Assembly (NCBI GenBank): GCA_030059675.1
Contig: JANVYQ010000004.1
Location: forward strand, 1-64,000
Origin: Candidatus Pelearchaeum maunauluense
GTDB taxonomy: Archaea > Thermoproteota > Nitrososphaeria_A > Caldarchaeales > Caldarchaeaceae
Length of the DNA: 64,000 nt
Direction: 5' to 3'
Translations under genes and position numbers: made by a program
Shown here: positions 9,418 to 18,360 of the stretch, one piece after another
Position numbering within the stretch: position 1 is the first letter of the stretch
How the letters are laid out: each line of letters starts with the position of its first letter
The notes under the pieces: generated by a model
What the model was told of the DNA's origin: nothing
Seen by the model: the letters and a program-made list of their open reading frames with translations, nothing else
Databases searched by the model: none

Positions 9418-10154
9418 GTAATGTGATACTTGAGACGCGGGCTTTGACAAAGCGCTTCGGCGGGCTTGAGGCTATCAGGTCTGTTGATTTCAAGCTTGAA
9501 CGCGGCGAGCTTAGGGCGATAATAGGACCAAACGGAGCTGGTAAGACAACCTTCGTCAGCATGATAAGCGGCAGGATAAGACCATCGTCGGGGAGAATAT
9601 TCTTTGAGGGCCGCGACATAACTAAGATGAAGGCACATGATAGGGCTGGTATGGGGATAGTCTATACCTTCCAGATAATCAATATCTTCAGAAATCTACC
9701 GGTTTATGAGAATGTTAGCCTGGCTGTCCAGCGTAGGCTGGCAGGCGGCGGGGCTGGGATATTCAGGGTTGATGAGGAAGAACTACACCGCGAAGTTGAT
9801 GCTATCCTTGAGCGTATAGGGCTGCGGGACGTGGCCGAGCAGGAGGCAGGCTCACTACCCTATGGCCATCAGCGTCTCCTAGACATAGGACTCGCGCTAG
9901 CGTTGAACCCAAAGCTCCTCATACTAGACGAGCCCACGCAGGGACTTGCGATAAACGAGATAGACGAGGTCATGAGGATGATACGCGAGCTCCACCGCGA
10001 GAGGACTATAATGCTGATAGAGCATAACATGCAGGTCGTCCTGGAGCTGGCCAAGAAGATAACAGTAATGGATAAGGGCACCATAATAGCTGAGGGAACG
10101 CCTGAAGAGATAGAGGGGAATATTGAGGTTCAAAAGGTGTATCTTGGTCTATGA
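9396..10154 (+). CDS. ABC ATP-binding protein, LivG-like
   Basis: GPNGAGKT, LPYGHQR, LDEP, IEHNM. Confidence 0.93.
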   Translation: MDSLASVGNVILETRALTKRFGGLEAIRSVDFKLERGELRAIIGPNGAGKTTFVSMISGRIRPSSGRIFFEGRDITKMKAHDRAGMGIVYTFQIINIFRNLPVYENVSLAVQRRLAGGGAGIFRVDEEELHREVDAILERIGLRDVAEQEAGSLPYGHQRLLDIGLALALNPKLLILDEPTQGLAINEIDEVMRMIRELHRERTIMLIEHNMQVVLELAKKITVMDKGTIIAEGTPEEIEGNIEVQKVYLGL

Positions 10155-10855
10155 CTCTTACAGTTAGCGGGATAAACTGCTACTATGGTAAGGCTCATGT
10201 GCTTAAGGATGTTTCTCTAAGCCTCTCCGCTGGTGAGGTTCTCTGCCTGTTGGGGAGGAACGGCGCTGGGAAGACGACAACACTCAAAGCGATTATGGGC
10301 TTGGTCAGGCCCAAGACGGGAAGTATAAAGATTGATGGAAAGGAGCTTACGGGCGTCCCGCCTCACATGATACCGCGCCTAGGCGTGGCGTATGTACCAC
10401 AGGGGAGGAGGCTTTTCCCAAGCTTCACAGTAGAGGAGAACCTTAGGATGGGGCTCTTGGTGAGCGGGGGCGACGAGCAGACCTATGAGCAGGTGCTCCA
10501 GCTCTTCCCAGTCCTACGCGAGAGGCTCAGACAACGCGCTGGAACACTTAGCGGAGGCGAGCAGCAGATGCTAGCGATAGCGCGAGCCCTATGCTGTAAG
10601 CCGAAGTACCTACTCCTAGACGAGCCTCTGGAGGGGCTTATGCCAGCGCTGGTCGCGAAGCTCCTAGAGACCATCAGGGGGCTGAAGAGCCTCGGCATAG
10701 GGATACTGCTGGTTGAGCAGAGGATAGACGCGGCATTCAAGGTGGCTGACAGGATAGCGTTGATGGAGAACGGCCAGATAAAACACGAGACAACACCAGA
10801 CCAGCTATCAAACAACACCGAGATACTCTACAGATACCTCGGAGTCAGGAGATAA
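10151..10855 (+). CDS. ABC ATP-binding protein, LivF-like
   Basis: GRNGAGKT, LSGGEQQMLAIAR, LDEP, LVEQ. Confidence 0.93.
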   Translation: MTLTVSGINCYYGKAHVLKDVSLSLSAGEVLCLLGRNGAGKTTTLKAIMGLVRPKTGSIKIDGKELTGVPPHMIPRLGVAYVPQGRRLFPSFTVEENLRMGLLVSGGDEQTYEQVLQLFPVLRERLRQRAGTLSGGEQQMLAIARALCCKPKYLLLDEPLEGLMPALVAKLLETIRGLKSLGIGILLVEQRIDAAFKVADRIALMENGQIKHETTPDQLSNNTEILYRYLGVRR

Positions 10856-10903
10856 GTGTAGAATCATTTATAACTAGCGGAGAAGCGCATAAGGCTTGCA
10901 AAT

Positions 10904-13267
10904 ATGTGCGCTAACTTGCTGGGAAAGCCTGTAAGACGGCTTGAGGATAGACGCCTCCTGGTGGGAGAGGCTAGATTCATAGAAGACATAAACATCCCCC
11001 GCGCGCTCCACTGCATATTCCTCAGGAGCCCAGTCCCACATGCTAGGATAAGGAGGATAAACGCGGAGAAAGCGCTGAGAAATCCGCGCATACACGCGGT
11101 AATAGATGGGGAGATGGTAGCCTCGCGGGCTAGGCCGCTCTACACGCTCATAGACAAAACACGCTACTATGGGATAGCCGTTGGCAAGGCCAGATACGTC
11201 GGCGAGCCCCTAGCTATGATACTCGCAGAAACACGCGAAGACGCGCTGGACGCGGCTGAGGAGATTGAGATAGACTACGAGCCGCTACCGCCGCTCACAG
11301 ACCCAGAGGAGGCGCTCAGGAATAACGAAGTCCTGCTTCACGAGGAGCTGGGCTCAAACATCGCTGTAAGCAAGAAGCTAACATACGGCGATGTTGATGA
11401 CGCCTTCGCCGAGGCTGACGAGACTATTCACAGTAAGCTATACTTTGATAGGTATGCTGCAGCCCCTATAGAGTGTTGCGGCGTGTTGGTGGATTATTCA
11501 CCAAACGACGATAGCCTAACAATCTATGACAACCAGCAGACACCATTGCTCTTCCACGGAATTATAGCAGACGCGCTGGGGGTGGCGAGCAATAAGCTAC
11601 GCTTCATAGAGCCTGAGATAGGCGGCGGCTTTGGGGTGAAGATAATGCTCTATCCCTACGTCTTTCTCCTCGCTTTCGCGGCGCGGGAGCTTAGAAGGCC
11701 AGTGAGGTGGATTGAGACGCGGAGAGAGCACCTAGCAGCTATGGCGCACAGCTCCAACAGAGTGTTTGACGCCGAGATGGCGCTGAGACGCGACGGGGAA
11801 ATCCTAGCCCTCAGAACAAAGATGATAGAAGACTGCGGCGCATACGTTAGGCTGCCAGACCCAGGGGGTATAATACGCTCACTCATGACCTACCTAGGCT
11901 GCTACCGCGTGAGAAACGTGGAAGTTGAGGCTCATGTTGTTATGACCAACAAATGCCCAACGGGGCCTGTAAGGGGATACGGCTGCCAACAGGCGTATTT
12001 CATGCTGGAGCGCATGATGGACATCGCTGCGCGGAAGCTGGGCATCCCGCCAACGGAGATTAGGCTCAGGAACTTCATCAAGAAAGAAGAACAACCATAC
12101 ACCACGCCGTTCGGCTGCATATACGATGGGGGAGACTACGCGGCAACGCTAAAACGTGCTCTAGAGCTCGCGGAGACGGAAAAGCTCAAACAAGAAAATA
12201 AAGACAAGCTCATAGGCGTTGGGATAGCCACGATAGTAGAGCCAGCGGTAACGAACCTAGCGCGCAACAAGCTCCTCAACCCTGCTCTCAAGACCTCAGG
12301 CTCAGGCGAGGGCGCCATAGTCAAGATGGACGACAACGGGTATGTCTACGCCTTCATAGCGTCTATCCCGCAGGGCCAGGGGCATGAGACTGTAGCTGCG
12401 CAGCTGGTGGCTGAGATGCTCGGCGTAGAGCCCAGCAGCGTTAGGGTCGTTAAGGGGGACAGCTCGGCAGTATATCACAGCCCGTACAGCGGGACGTGGG
12501 GGAGCAGGTTCAGCGTTATGACACTAGGAGCGCTCAAGATTGCCTGCGAGAGGCTGCGCGAGAAGATATTAGCAATAGCAGCCGCGCTGCTAGAGGCATC
12601 GCCTACAGACCTGGAGCTACACGATGGGCGTGTGCATGTAAAGGGCTCGGAGATAAGCATAACACTACGCGAGATAGCGCAGACAGCGTACCGCGATACG
12701 CTCAAGCTTAGGGGGAGGGTGGAGGAAGGCGGACTACAGGCACAAGCGTTCTACGACTACCCAACATTCACAGAGCCAGACGAGGAGGGCAGGCTCAACA
12801 TGTCCGCAACATACGGAAACTCCGCCCACGTAGCGGTTGTTGAGGTTGACCAAGAAACCTTCAAGGTGAATGTGCTCAGATACGTGGCCGTCCACGACTG
12901 CGGCCGCGTGCTAAACCCGCTGATAGTTGACGGCCAGATAGCGGGGGGAGTTGCGCAGGGACTAGGAGCAACACTCTACGAAACAATAAGATACGACGAG
13001 GATGGCCAGCTACTCACATCAACCCTAGCAGACTACCTCATCCCAACAGCCCTAGACACGCCAACCATCATAATAGACCACCTAGAAACACCCTCACCAT
13101 ACGCACCACTACAAGCAAAAGGAATGGGAGAAGGACCACTAATACCAGTAGCAGCAGCAATAGCCAACGCAGTAGAAGACGCACTACACCAAAAATACAA
13201 CATAACAATAACCCACTCATCAATAACCCCAGACTACCTATGGAAACTAGTAAAAACCCGAAAATAA
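10904..13267 (+). CDS. Xanthine dehydrogenase-family molybdenum hydroxylase, large (Moco-binding) subunit
   Basis: RLEDRRLL.G, IGGGFGVK, PVRGYG, PQGQGHET, HDCG..LNP.IVDGQIAGG and KGMGEG; lacks the CO dehydrogenase AYxCSFR loop. Confidence 0.92.
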   Translation: MCANLLGKPVRRLEDRRLLVGEARFIEDINIPRALHCIFLRSPVPHARIRRINAEKALRNPRIHAVIDGEMVASRARPLYTLIDKTRYYGIAVGKARYVGEPLAMILAETREDALDAAEEIEIDYEPLPPLTDPEEALRNNEVLLHEELGSNIAVSKKLTYGDVDDAFAEADETIHSKLYFDRYAAAPIECCGVLVDYSPNDDSLTIYDNQQTPLLFHGIIADALGVASNKLRFIEPEIGGGFGVKIMLYPYVFLLAFAARELRRPVRWIETRREHLAAMAHSSNRVFDAEMALRRDGEILALRTKMIEDCGAYVRLPDPGGIIRSLMTYLGCYRVRNVEVEAHVVMTNKCPTGPVRGYGCQQAYFMLERMMDIAARKLGIPPTEIRLRNFIKKEEQPYTTPFGCIYDGGDYAATLKRALELAETEKLKQENKDKLIGVGIATIVEPAVTNLARNKLLNPALKTSGSGEGAIVKMDDNGYVYAFIASIPQGQGHETVAAQLVAEMLGVEPSSVRVVKGDSSAVYHSPYSGTWGSRFSVMTLGALKIACERLREKILAIAAALLEASPTDLELHDGRVHVKGSEISITLREIAQTAYRDTLKLRGRVEEGGLQAQAFYDYPTFTEPDEEGRLNMSATYGNSAHVAVVEVDQETFKVNVLRYVAVHDCGRVLNPLIVDGQIAGGVAQGLGATLYETIRYDEDGQLLTSTLADYLIPTALDTPTIIIDHLETPSPYAPLQAKGMGEGPLIPVAAAIANAVEDALHQKYNITITHSSITPDYLWKLVKTRK

Positions 13268-13369
13268 CCCCCTTGATAGTCTTGTTGGAAATTCAATCCT
13301 CATAGTTTCCTCCTATAAATATGCCGCCGCTAAAAGTGTTAATAATCACCTGTATTAATGATTCTCACC

Positions 13370-14554
13370 ATGCCGCGAATATTGATTAAGAATATCGGCT
13401 GTATCGTTGGTGGTGATGTGGGCAGGCCTTTGCTGGATGGTGATTCCCTAGTTATACGCGATGGTGTTGTGGAGCGTATAGGCTCTGGCCTGGGTGGTGA
13501 TGTCGATGGCGTTATTGACGTGCAGGGGATGACCGTCATACCAGGGCTCTTTGACTCGCATGTTCATCCAGTCTTCGGTGACTACACACCCCGTCAGAAC
13601 ACTCTCGGCTTTATCGAGGCAAGCGTCCATGGTGGGGTTACGTCGTTCATCTCGGCTGGTGAGGTTCATCTTCCTGGAAGGCCGCGTGGGGATAAGGACG
13701 CCGCTATGGCTCTCGCGATACTTGCCCACAAGGCGTTTAGGAGCGTCAGGCCCCTAGGAGCGAAGGTTCACGCTGGGGCGCTCATCTTGGAGAAGGGGAT
13801 GACGGAAGAGGACTTCAGATACGTCTCTGAGAGAGGGGTATGGCTCGTCGGCGAGGTTGGCCTGGGCTCGGTTCAAGACCCAGATGAGGCGGCGCAGATG
13901 GTTGAGATGGCGCATAAGTATGGGATGAAGGTAGTAATCCATACTGGGGGAGCCTCAATACCTGGAAGCACGATAGTTAATGCAGATGTTGTGCTCAAGG
14001 TTAAGCCTGACGTGGTTTCGCATATCAACGGCGGGCCAACCGCGCCCACGGTTAGGGATATTGAGAAGATAATTGAGGGAACCAACGCGGCTATTGAGGT
14101 TGTCCAGTGCGGCAACTTCAGAGCTATGTTGGAGACTGTTAAGTTTCTGAAGAAGCGGGGGGAGCTTCATAGATTGATAATAGGCAACGACGCGCCCTCT
14201 GGGAGTGGTGTAATCCCGCTGGGGATACTTAGAACGATTCACACAATATCAAGCCTGGGCGGGGTTAAGCCAGAGCTGGCAATATGCGCCGCGAGCGGGA
14301 ATACCGCGCGCGTCTTCGGCCGTAGTGAGGGAGTGCTTGAGGAGGGCAGGCCAGCGGACTTGGTGGTAATAGACGCTCCATACGGCTCTGCGGCGCGCGA
14401 TGCTCTAGAGGCACTAGCCATCGGCGACATACCAGGCGTTGCTATGGTGATGATTGACGGCCAGCCGCGGGTCGGGAGGAGTAGGATGACGCCGCCACCA
14501 AACAGGCAGGTCAAGACCGAGGGAGAAGTTCATCTACCCAATGGAGGTCATTAA
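13370..14554 (+). CDS. ena: Enamidase-like amidohydrolase
   Basis: DSHVH..GDY.PRQ, HGGVT..ISAG, ILEKG, GEVGLG, HTGG.SIPGS, SHINGGPTA, GNDAPSG and SR.TPP match, as I recall them, the enamidase of nicotinate fermentation along its length. Confidence 0.85.
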   Translation: MPRILIKNIGCIVGGDVGRPLLDGDSLVIRDGVVERIGSGLGGDVDGVIDVQGMTVIPGLFDSHVHPVFGDYTPRQNTLGFIEASVHGGVTSFISAGEVHLPGRPRGDKDAAMALAILAHKAFRSVRPLGAKVHAGALILEKGMTEEDFRYVSERGVWLVGEVGLGSVQDPDEAAQMVEMAHKYGMKVVIHTGGASIPGSTIVNADVVLKVKPDVVSHINGGPTAPTVRDIEKIIEGTNAAIEVVQCGNFRAMLETVKFLKKRGELHRLIIGNDAPSGSGVIPLGILRTIHTISSLGGVKPELAICAASGNTARVFGRSEGVLEEGRPADLVVIDAPYGSAARDALEALAIGDIPGVAMVMIDGQPRVGRSRMTPPPNRQVKTEGEVHLPNGGH

Positions 14555-14559
14555 CTAGC

Positions 14560-15546
14560 ATGAAGCTTGGGCTACGTCTCCCCACATTCGCCTTAGATGG
14601 GGACTTCTCCTCCTATGATGTTCTCAGAAACTATGTCCAGAGAGCCGAGGAGTGTGGCGTGGAGGGATTCTTCGTCATAGACCACCTCCTCATAACGCCT
14701 CCCGCATATGCTTGTAGCTGGCACGACGCCCTGACAGCCGTCTCATTCATAGCCGCTGCGACAAAACATGCCCGCGTAGGCACTATGGTCCTCGTACTTC
14801 CTACCAGAAACCCATACTTCCTAGCCAAGCAGCTCGCGAGCATAGATGTCTATTCAGGGGGGAGGCTCGTCCTAGGCGCTGGCGTTGGCTGGAATGTACG
14901 CGAGTTTGAGCTGGCGGGAGTTCCAGTCAGTAAGCGCGGCAGGATAATGGACGAGTATCTGGTTCTCCTCAAGATGCTGTGGAGCGCGTGCAAGACGAGC
15001 TTTGACGGCGAGTTCTTCAGGGTTCGGGAGCTGGAGATGCTTCCAAAACCCGTGCAGAAACCCCATCCACCTATATGGATAGGTGGGGGTAGCCAGCCTT
15101 TTGAGAAGATATACGGAGAGCAGGCACGCGGGATAGAGCGCGTCCTAGCCAGAGTCGCCAAGCACGCAGACGGCTGGATACCCCACTCAAGCGCAACAGC
15201 GGAAATGGCCGCAAAAGACTGGGAGACCGTGAAGAGCTACGCCAGAGAATACGGTAGAGACCCATACAACATAACCCGCATATACTCCAACTTCATCTAC
15301 ATAAAACAGCCTGGAGAGCCCGACGCTGAGGCTGCCAAGCGCTTCAGCCTATACTCAGGGATGGACCTGGACTACTGGCGCGAATACTATCTCCTAGGCA
15401 CGGTTGATGAGCTGGCCCGTAAGATAAGGGCGCGCATAAACGCTCTTGAGGGCGTGGATTGGGTTGTTCTGAACCCTCTAACGTTTGGGGAGAGCCAGCT
15501 CAGGCTAATAGCTGACGAGCTCTTCCCCAAGATAGAGAAGCAATAG
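14560..15546 (+). CDS. LLM-class (luciferase-like, possibly F420-dependent) oxidoreductase
   Basis: DHL, LAKQLASID..SGGRLVLGAGVGW...EF and PKPVQKPHPPIWIGG. Confidence 0.88.
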   Translation: MKLGLRLPTFALDGDFSSYDVLRNYVQRAEECGVEGFFVIDHLLITPPAYACSWHDALTAVSFIAAATKHARVGTMVLVLPTRNPYFLAKQLASIDVYSGGRLVLGAGVGWNVREFELAGVPVSKRGRIMDEYLVLLKMLWSACKTSFDGEFFRVRELEMLPKPVQKPHPPIWIGGGSQPFEKIYGEQARGIERVLARVAKHADGWIPHSSATAEMAAKDWETVKSYAREYGRDPYNITRIYSNFIYIKQPGEPDAEAAKRFSLYSGMDLDYWREYYLLGTVDELARKIRARINALEGVDWVVLNPLTFGESQLRLIADELFPKIEKQ

Positions 15547-15553
15547 CCGCATC

Positions 15554-15979
15554 CTATTCTTCCACCCTTACATCCTCCTCAACGAAGCGCGGGCCTTCGC
15601 TTGCATCTTCGCGTCTCCATGAGCGGTACTCAACCACGCCGCCGCTGGATACCGAGACGATGAGGTAAGAGTACCAGGGGAAGGAGTGTTCTAGGTCGTA
15701 CTGGGATGGTCTTGCCGCGACGTTTGGATGCGAGTGGTAGGTGCCTACGACGCGGAGGCCACGCTCCTCCGCGCTCTTCTCCACACGATAATACTCCATA
15801 GGGTCAATCCTATACCTAACGCGCCTATCCCCCTCGTGCACGTTGCTAACACGGACAACATCAACAACCATGCGCTCGTCTTCATCCCTCCCCAGCATGA
15901 GGCCGCAGCACTCGTATGGGTAAGACTCAACGCAGTGGTCTAGGATTTTCTTCATGGCTGCGCCGCTCACAACCAGCAT
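15554..15979 (-). CDS. JAMM/MPN+ (M67) metallopeptidase, Mec/CysO-Cys peptidase-like
   Basis: YPYECCG and YHSHP..ARPS..D catalytic motif; directly downstream of cysteine synthase. Confidence 0.9.
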   Translation of the reverse strand: MLVVSGAAMKKILDHCVESYPYECCGLMLGRDEDERMVVDVVRVSNVHEGDRRVRYRIDPMEYYRVEKSAEERGLRVVGTYHSHPNVAARPSQYDLEHSFPWYSYLIVSVSSGGVVEYRSWRREDASEGPRFVEEDVRVEE

Positions 15980-15994
15980 GTCTCCACACGCTCG

Positions 15995-16918
15995 CTATGG
16001 CTTTAGGCTGTTGCTCAGAGAGTCGGGGAATATTACGACTATATTTCCTTCACTCAGCTCCTCATAGAGCCTAAGCGCCGCCGCGAGCGCTGCGCCAGAG
16101 GATATACCCGCCAGTATCCCCTCGCGTAGCGCTACCTCGCGCGCCATGGCCTCGGCTTCTTCTGTCCTCACCTTTTCATGGATGTCCGCTGCCTCGCTGT
16201 CGTATATCGCTGGGAGCATCGCGCTCGCCATGTGCTTCAGCCCCTCTATCCCATGAAACTCCTCATCTGGCTGGACCTCCACAATCCTTATCCGCGGATT
16301 AAACTCCCTAAGCCTCCGCGAAGTCCCCATAAGCGTGCCTGAAGTCCCAACCCCAGCTACCAGGTGCGTGATAGCCCCGTTGGTCTGCGCTATTATCTCA
16401 ACAGCCGTCGTCTCATAATGGGCAAGAGGGTTGGCTGGGTTGCTGTACTGGTCTGCGTAGAAGTATGCACCCCTCTCCTGCTCGTATAGCTGGCGCGCGT
16501 ATCTTATAGCGCCATCTATTCCCTCAATAGCTGGCGTCAGCACAAGCTCAGCCCCGAATGCCCGCATCTTCTTTATCTTTGCCTGCGCAGCGTTCGCTGG
16601 AACTATAAGCTTGACGCGATAACCCAGCGCAGCGCCGAGCATGGAGTATGCGACGCCAGTGTTTCCAGAGGTTGCGTCTAGTATTATCTTACGCCGCGTA
16701 AGCCTGCCTGTCCTCTCCCCGTCCAGAATCATGTAGAGCGCTGGCCTATCCTTGACGGAGCCTCCTGGGTTCATCATCTCCAGCTTGGCGAAGAGCCTCA
16801 CGCCGCGTTTGCTCTCAAACCGCCTAAGCCTGACTAGGGGTGTCTTGCCTATGAGCGAGGCCACGCCGCGGCCGTTAGCCAGCTCAATAAGCGCTGTGCC
16901 CCTGCCTACGGTCATCAC
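15995..16918 (-). CDS. cysM: PLP-dependent cysteine synthase family protein (CysM-like)
   Basis: KLEMMNPGGSVKDR, ATSGNTG, GVGTSGT and IEGLK. Confidence 0.85.
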   Translation of the reverse strand: MMTVGRGTALIELANGRGVASLIGKTPLVRLRRFESKRGVRLFAKLEMMNPGGSVKDRPALYMILDGERTGRLTRRKIILDATSGNTGVAYSMLGAALGYRVKLIVPANAAQAKIKKMRAFGAELVLTPAIEGIDGAIRYARQLYEQERGAYFYADQYSNPANPLAHYETTAVEIIAQTNGAITHLVAGVGTSGTLMGTSRRLREFNPRIRIVEVQPDEEFHGIEGLKHMASAMLPAIYDSEAADIHEKVRTEEAEAMAREVALREGILAGISSGAALAAALRLYEELSEGNIVVIFPDSLSNSLKP

Positions 16919-16932
16919 ACATCAGTTTCCCC

Positions 16933-17160
16933 TTATTCTTCTTCCTCCCTAGCTTTCCTCCCCCTATTCTCAACCCAACGCCTGAGAAACTCCTCTGGAG
17001 CCTTATCAACCTCCCAACAGCCTATCATAGCCTTCTCAGCAAGCCAAGACAAGAAAATATTACGAAGAACCTCAGCATCGCTAGAGCCCATCTTATTCCT
17101 AAGAAACTGCACACACTTATACTGCTCATCAGATAGCGTTACTAGTATATGCTTGACCAT
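16933..17160 (-). CDS. Small ribbon-helix-helix-like DNA-binding protein
   Basis: KHILVTLSDEQY beta strand followed by helices (SDAEVLRNIFLSWL); first gene of the cysM-JAMM unit. Confidence 0.6.
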   Translation of the reverse strand: MVKHILVTLSDEQYKCVQFLRNKMGSSDAEVLRNIFLSWLAEKAMIGCWEVDKAPEEFLRRWVENRGRKAREEEE

Positions 17161-17335
17161 AGCTCTCCACTCTTAGCGTGGTATTATTTCCACGATATGC
17201 TATTTAAATATAAAACCACATCCCAGCGCTTTAAACAAATCCACAAGAAATAATGAGCAACTAGCTACGTTTCAGCGCTTAGCCTAGACCATGCACGAGG
17301 CGTGCTCCAAGTTTAGATGTTGTGAAGCTAGCGCA

Positions 17336-17956
17336 TTATTCCATGTAGTGGTCTAGTATCTTCCTCAGGGACTTTCGTAGCGTCTCGGAGAGGGTTGATG
17401 ATGTTATCTGCAACTTGCGGGCTAGCTCCCGCGCGGTTATCTGGCGCGGGTAGTCGAAGTATCCTGACTTTACTGCTTCTAGGAGTATCTCCCGCTGTCG
17501 TTGTGTTAGTCTCTCGCCTATACGGGGCTTGGATACCTTAACCAGCTTCACCTGCCCGTCATGCTCGCCTATTTGACGTAGGAGGCGGCGCAGGCAAATC
17601 TTACCGGGAACCAATATACGTATCTGTGCTCTATCTCCATCCATGCTCGCCTCATCCAAGATGAAGCAGCCATTATTCCTGATTGAGTTGTAGAGAGAGC
17701 ATGCGGGTGTTTCTGTTATGACGAAAATGCTTGAACGGCTTGCCGAGTATGAGCATACCTCACTTGTAGAGTAGTTGCTCACCGCGCGTAGAACTTGTGC
17801 AGCATCCTTCCCATTTCCATAACCAACTCTGATGAGATGGTTTACATACCCGTTGTGGGGTGAGAGTCTAACAACCTGCACGGCGCGCCCAAGCTCGCGC
17901 GCAGCCCCCAAGACGCAGTAATGCGGGACGCGTATCTCTAGAACAGCCTCAAGCAT
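17336..17956 (-). CDS. Bat/HTH_10-type transcriptional regulator
   Basis: C-terminal LTQRQREIL..A...GYFDYPR.I...ELA..L.I..ST.SE.LRK. Confidence 0.9.
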   Translation of the reverse strand: MLEAVLEIRVPHYCVLGAARELGRAVQVVRLSPHNGYVNHLIRVGYGNGKDAAQVLRAVSNYSTSEVCSYSASRSSIFVITETPACSLYNSIRNNGCFILDEASMDGDRAQIRILVPGKICLRRLLRQIGEHDGQVKLVKVSKPRIGERLTQRQREILLEAVKSGYFDYPRQITARELARKLQITSSTLSETLRKSLRKILDHYME

Positions 17957-18186
17957 ACCGAAATTATGTAATAATCTACTCGGATTAAAATACCGTTTCC
18001 CGCACCTAATCCTTTAGGCTAGCCAAACCTTCACATATGAAGGAAATTAGATTGAAGCCAGAACCCTGGCCGCATAAACCCTTTTTCCACCTAGCAAAAA
18101 CCCTGCTGTTTTCTTTATGAGAAATTAAACATCTCCAAAAGACTCTTTGAACAAGTCTTGGGTAAAACGCTAAGGTGGGGTCTGGT

Positions 18187-18241
18187 ATTACTTTGTCATC
18201 TTTACAGTCAAGCATCTTGACGATAGAGATGACAAAATAAT
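18187..18241. repeat. 55-bp imperfect inverted repeat in an AT-rich intergenic segment
   Basis: TTTGTCATCT (18192-18201) pairs with AGATGACAAA (18227-18236); inner GTCAAG-cat-CTTGAC; outer ATTA/TAAT. Confidence 0.8.
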
Positions 18242-18360
18242 CTTTGGATATGGTTCCTCTTTAAATATGGGCTGGGCTGCGGCTTGGGGGGCGTTAAGCT
18301 CCTCTTGTTATGGGAGTGGTTAGCCTAGGGGAGCGCGGGGAGGTTGCTCGGTGGTGCGCT

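Noticed and set aside
10904-13267. Aerobic CO dehydrogenase CoxL
   Set aside because: Lacks AYxCSFR (form I) and AYRGAGR (form II) loops, and no cox accessory genes are present.
18006-18215. 69-aa ORF in the AT-rich segment
   Set aside because: Atypical composition, no recognisable motif, and it starts inside the palindrome.
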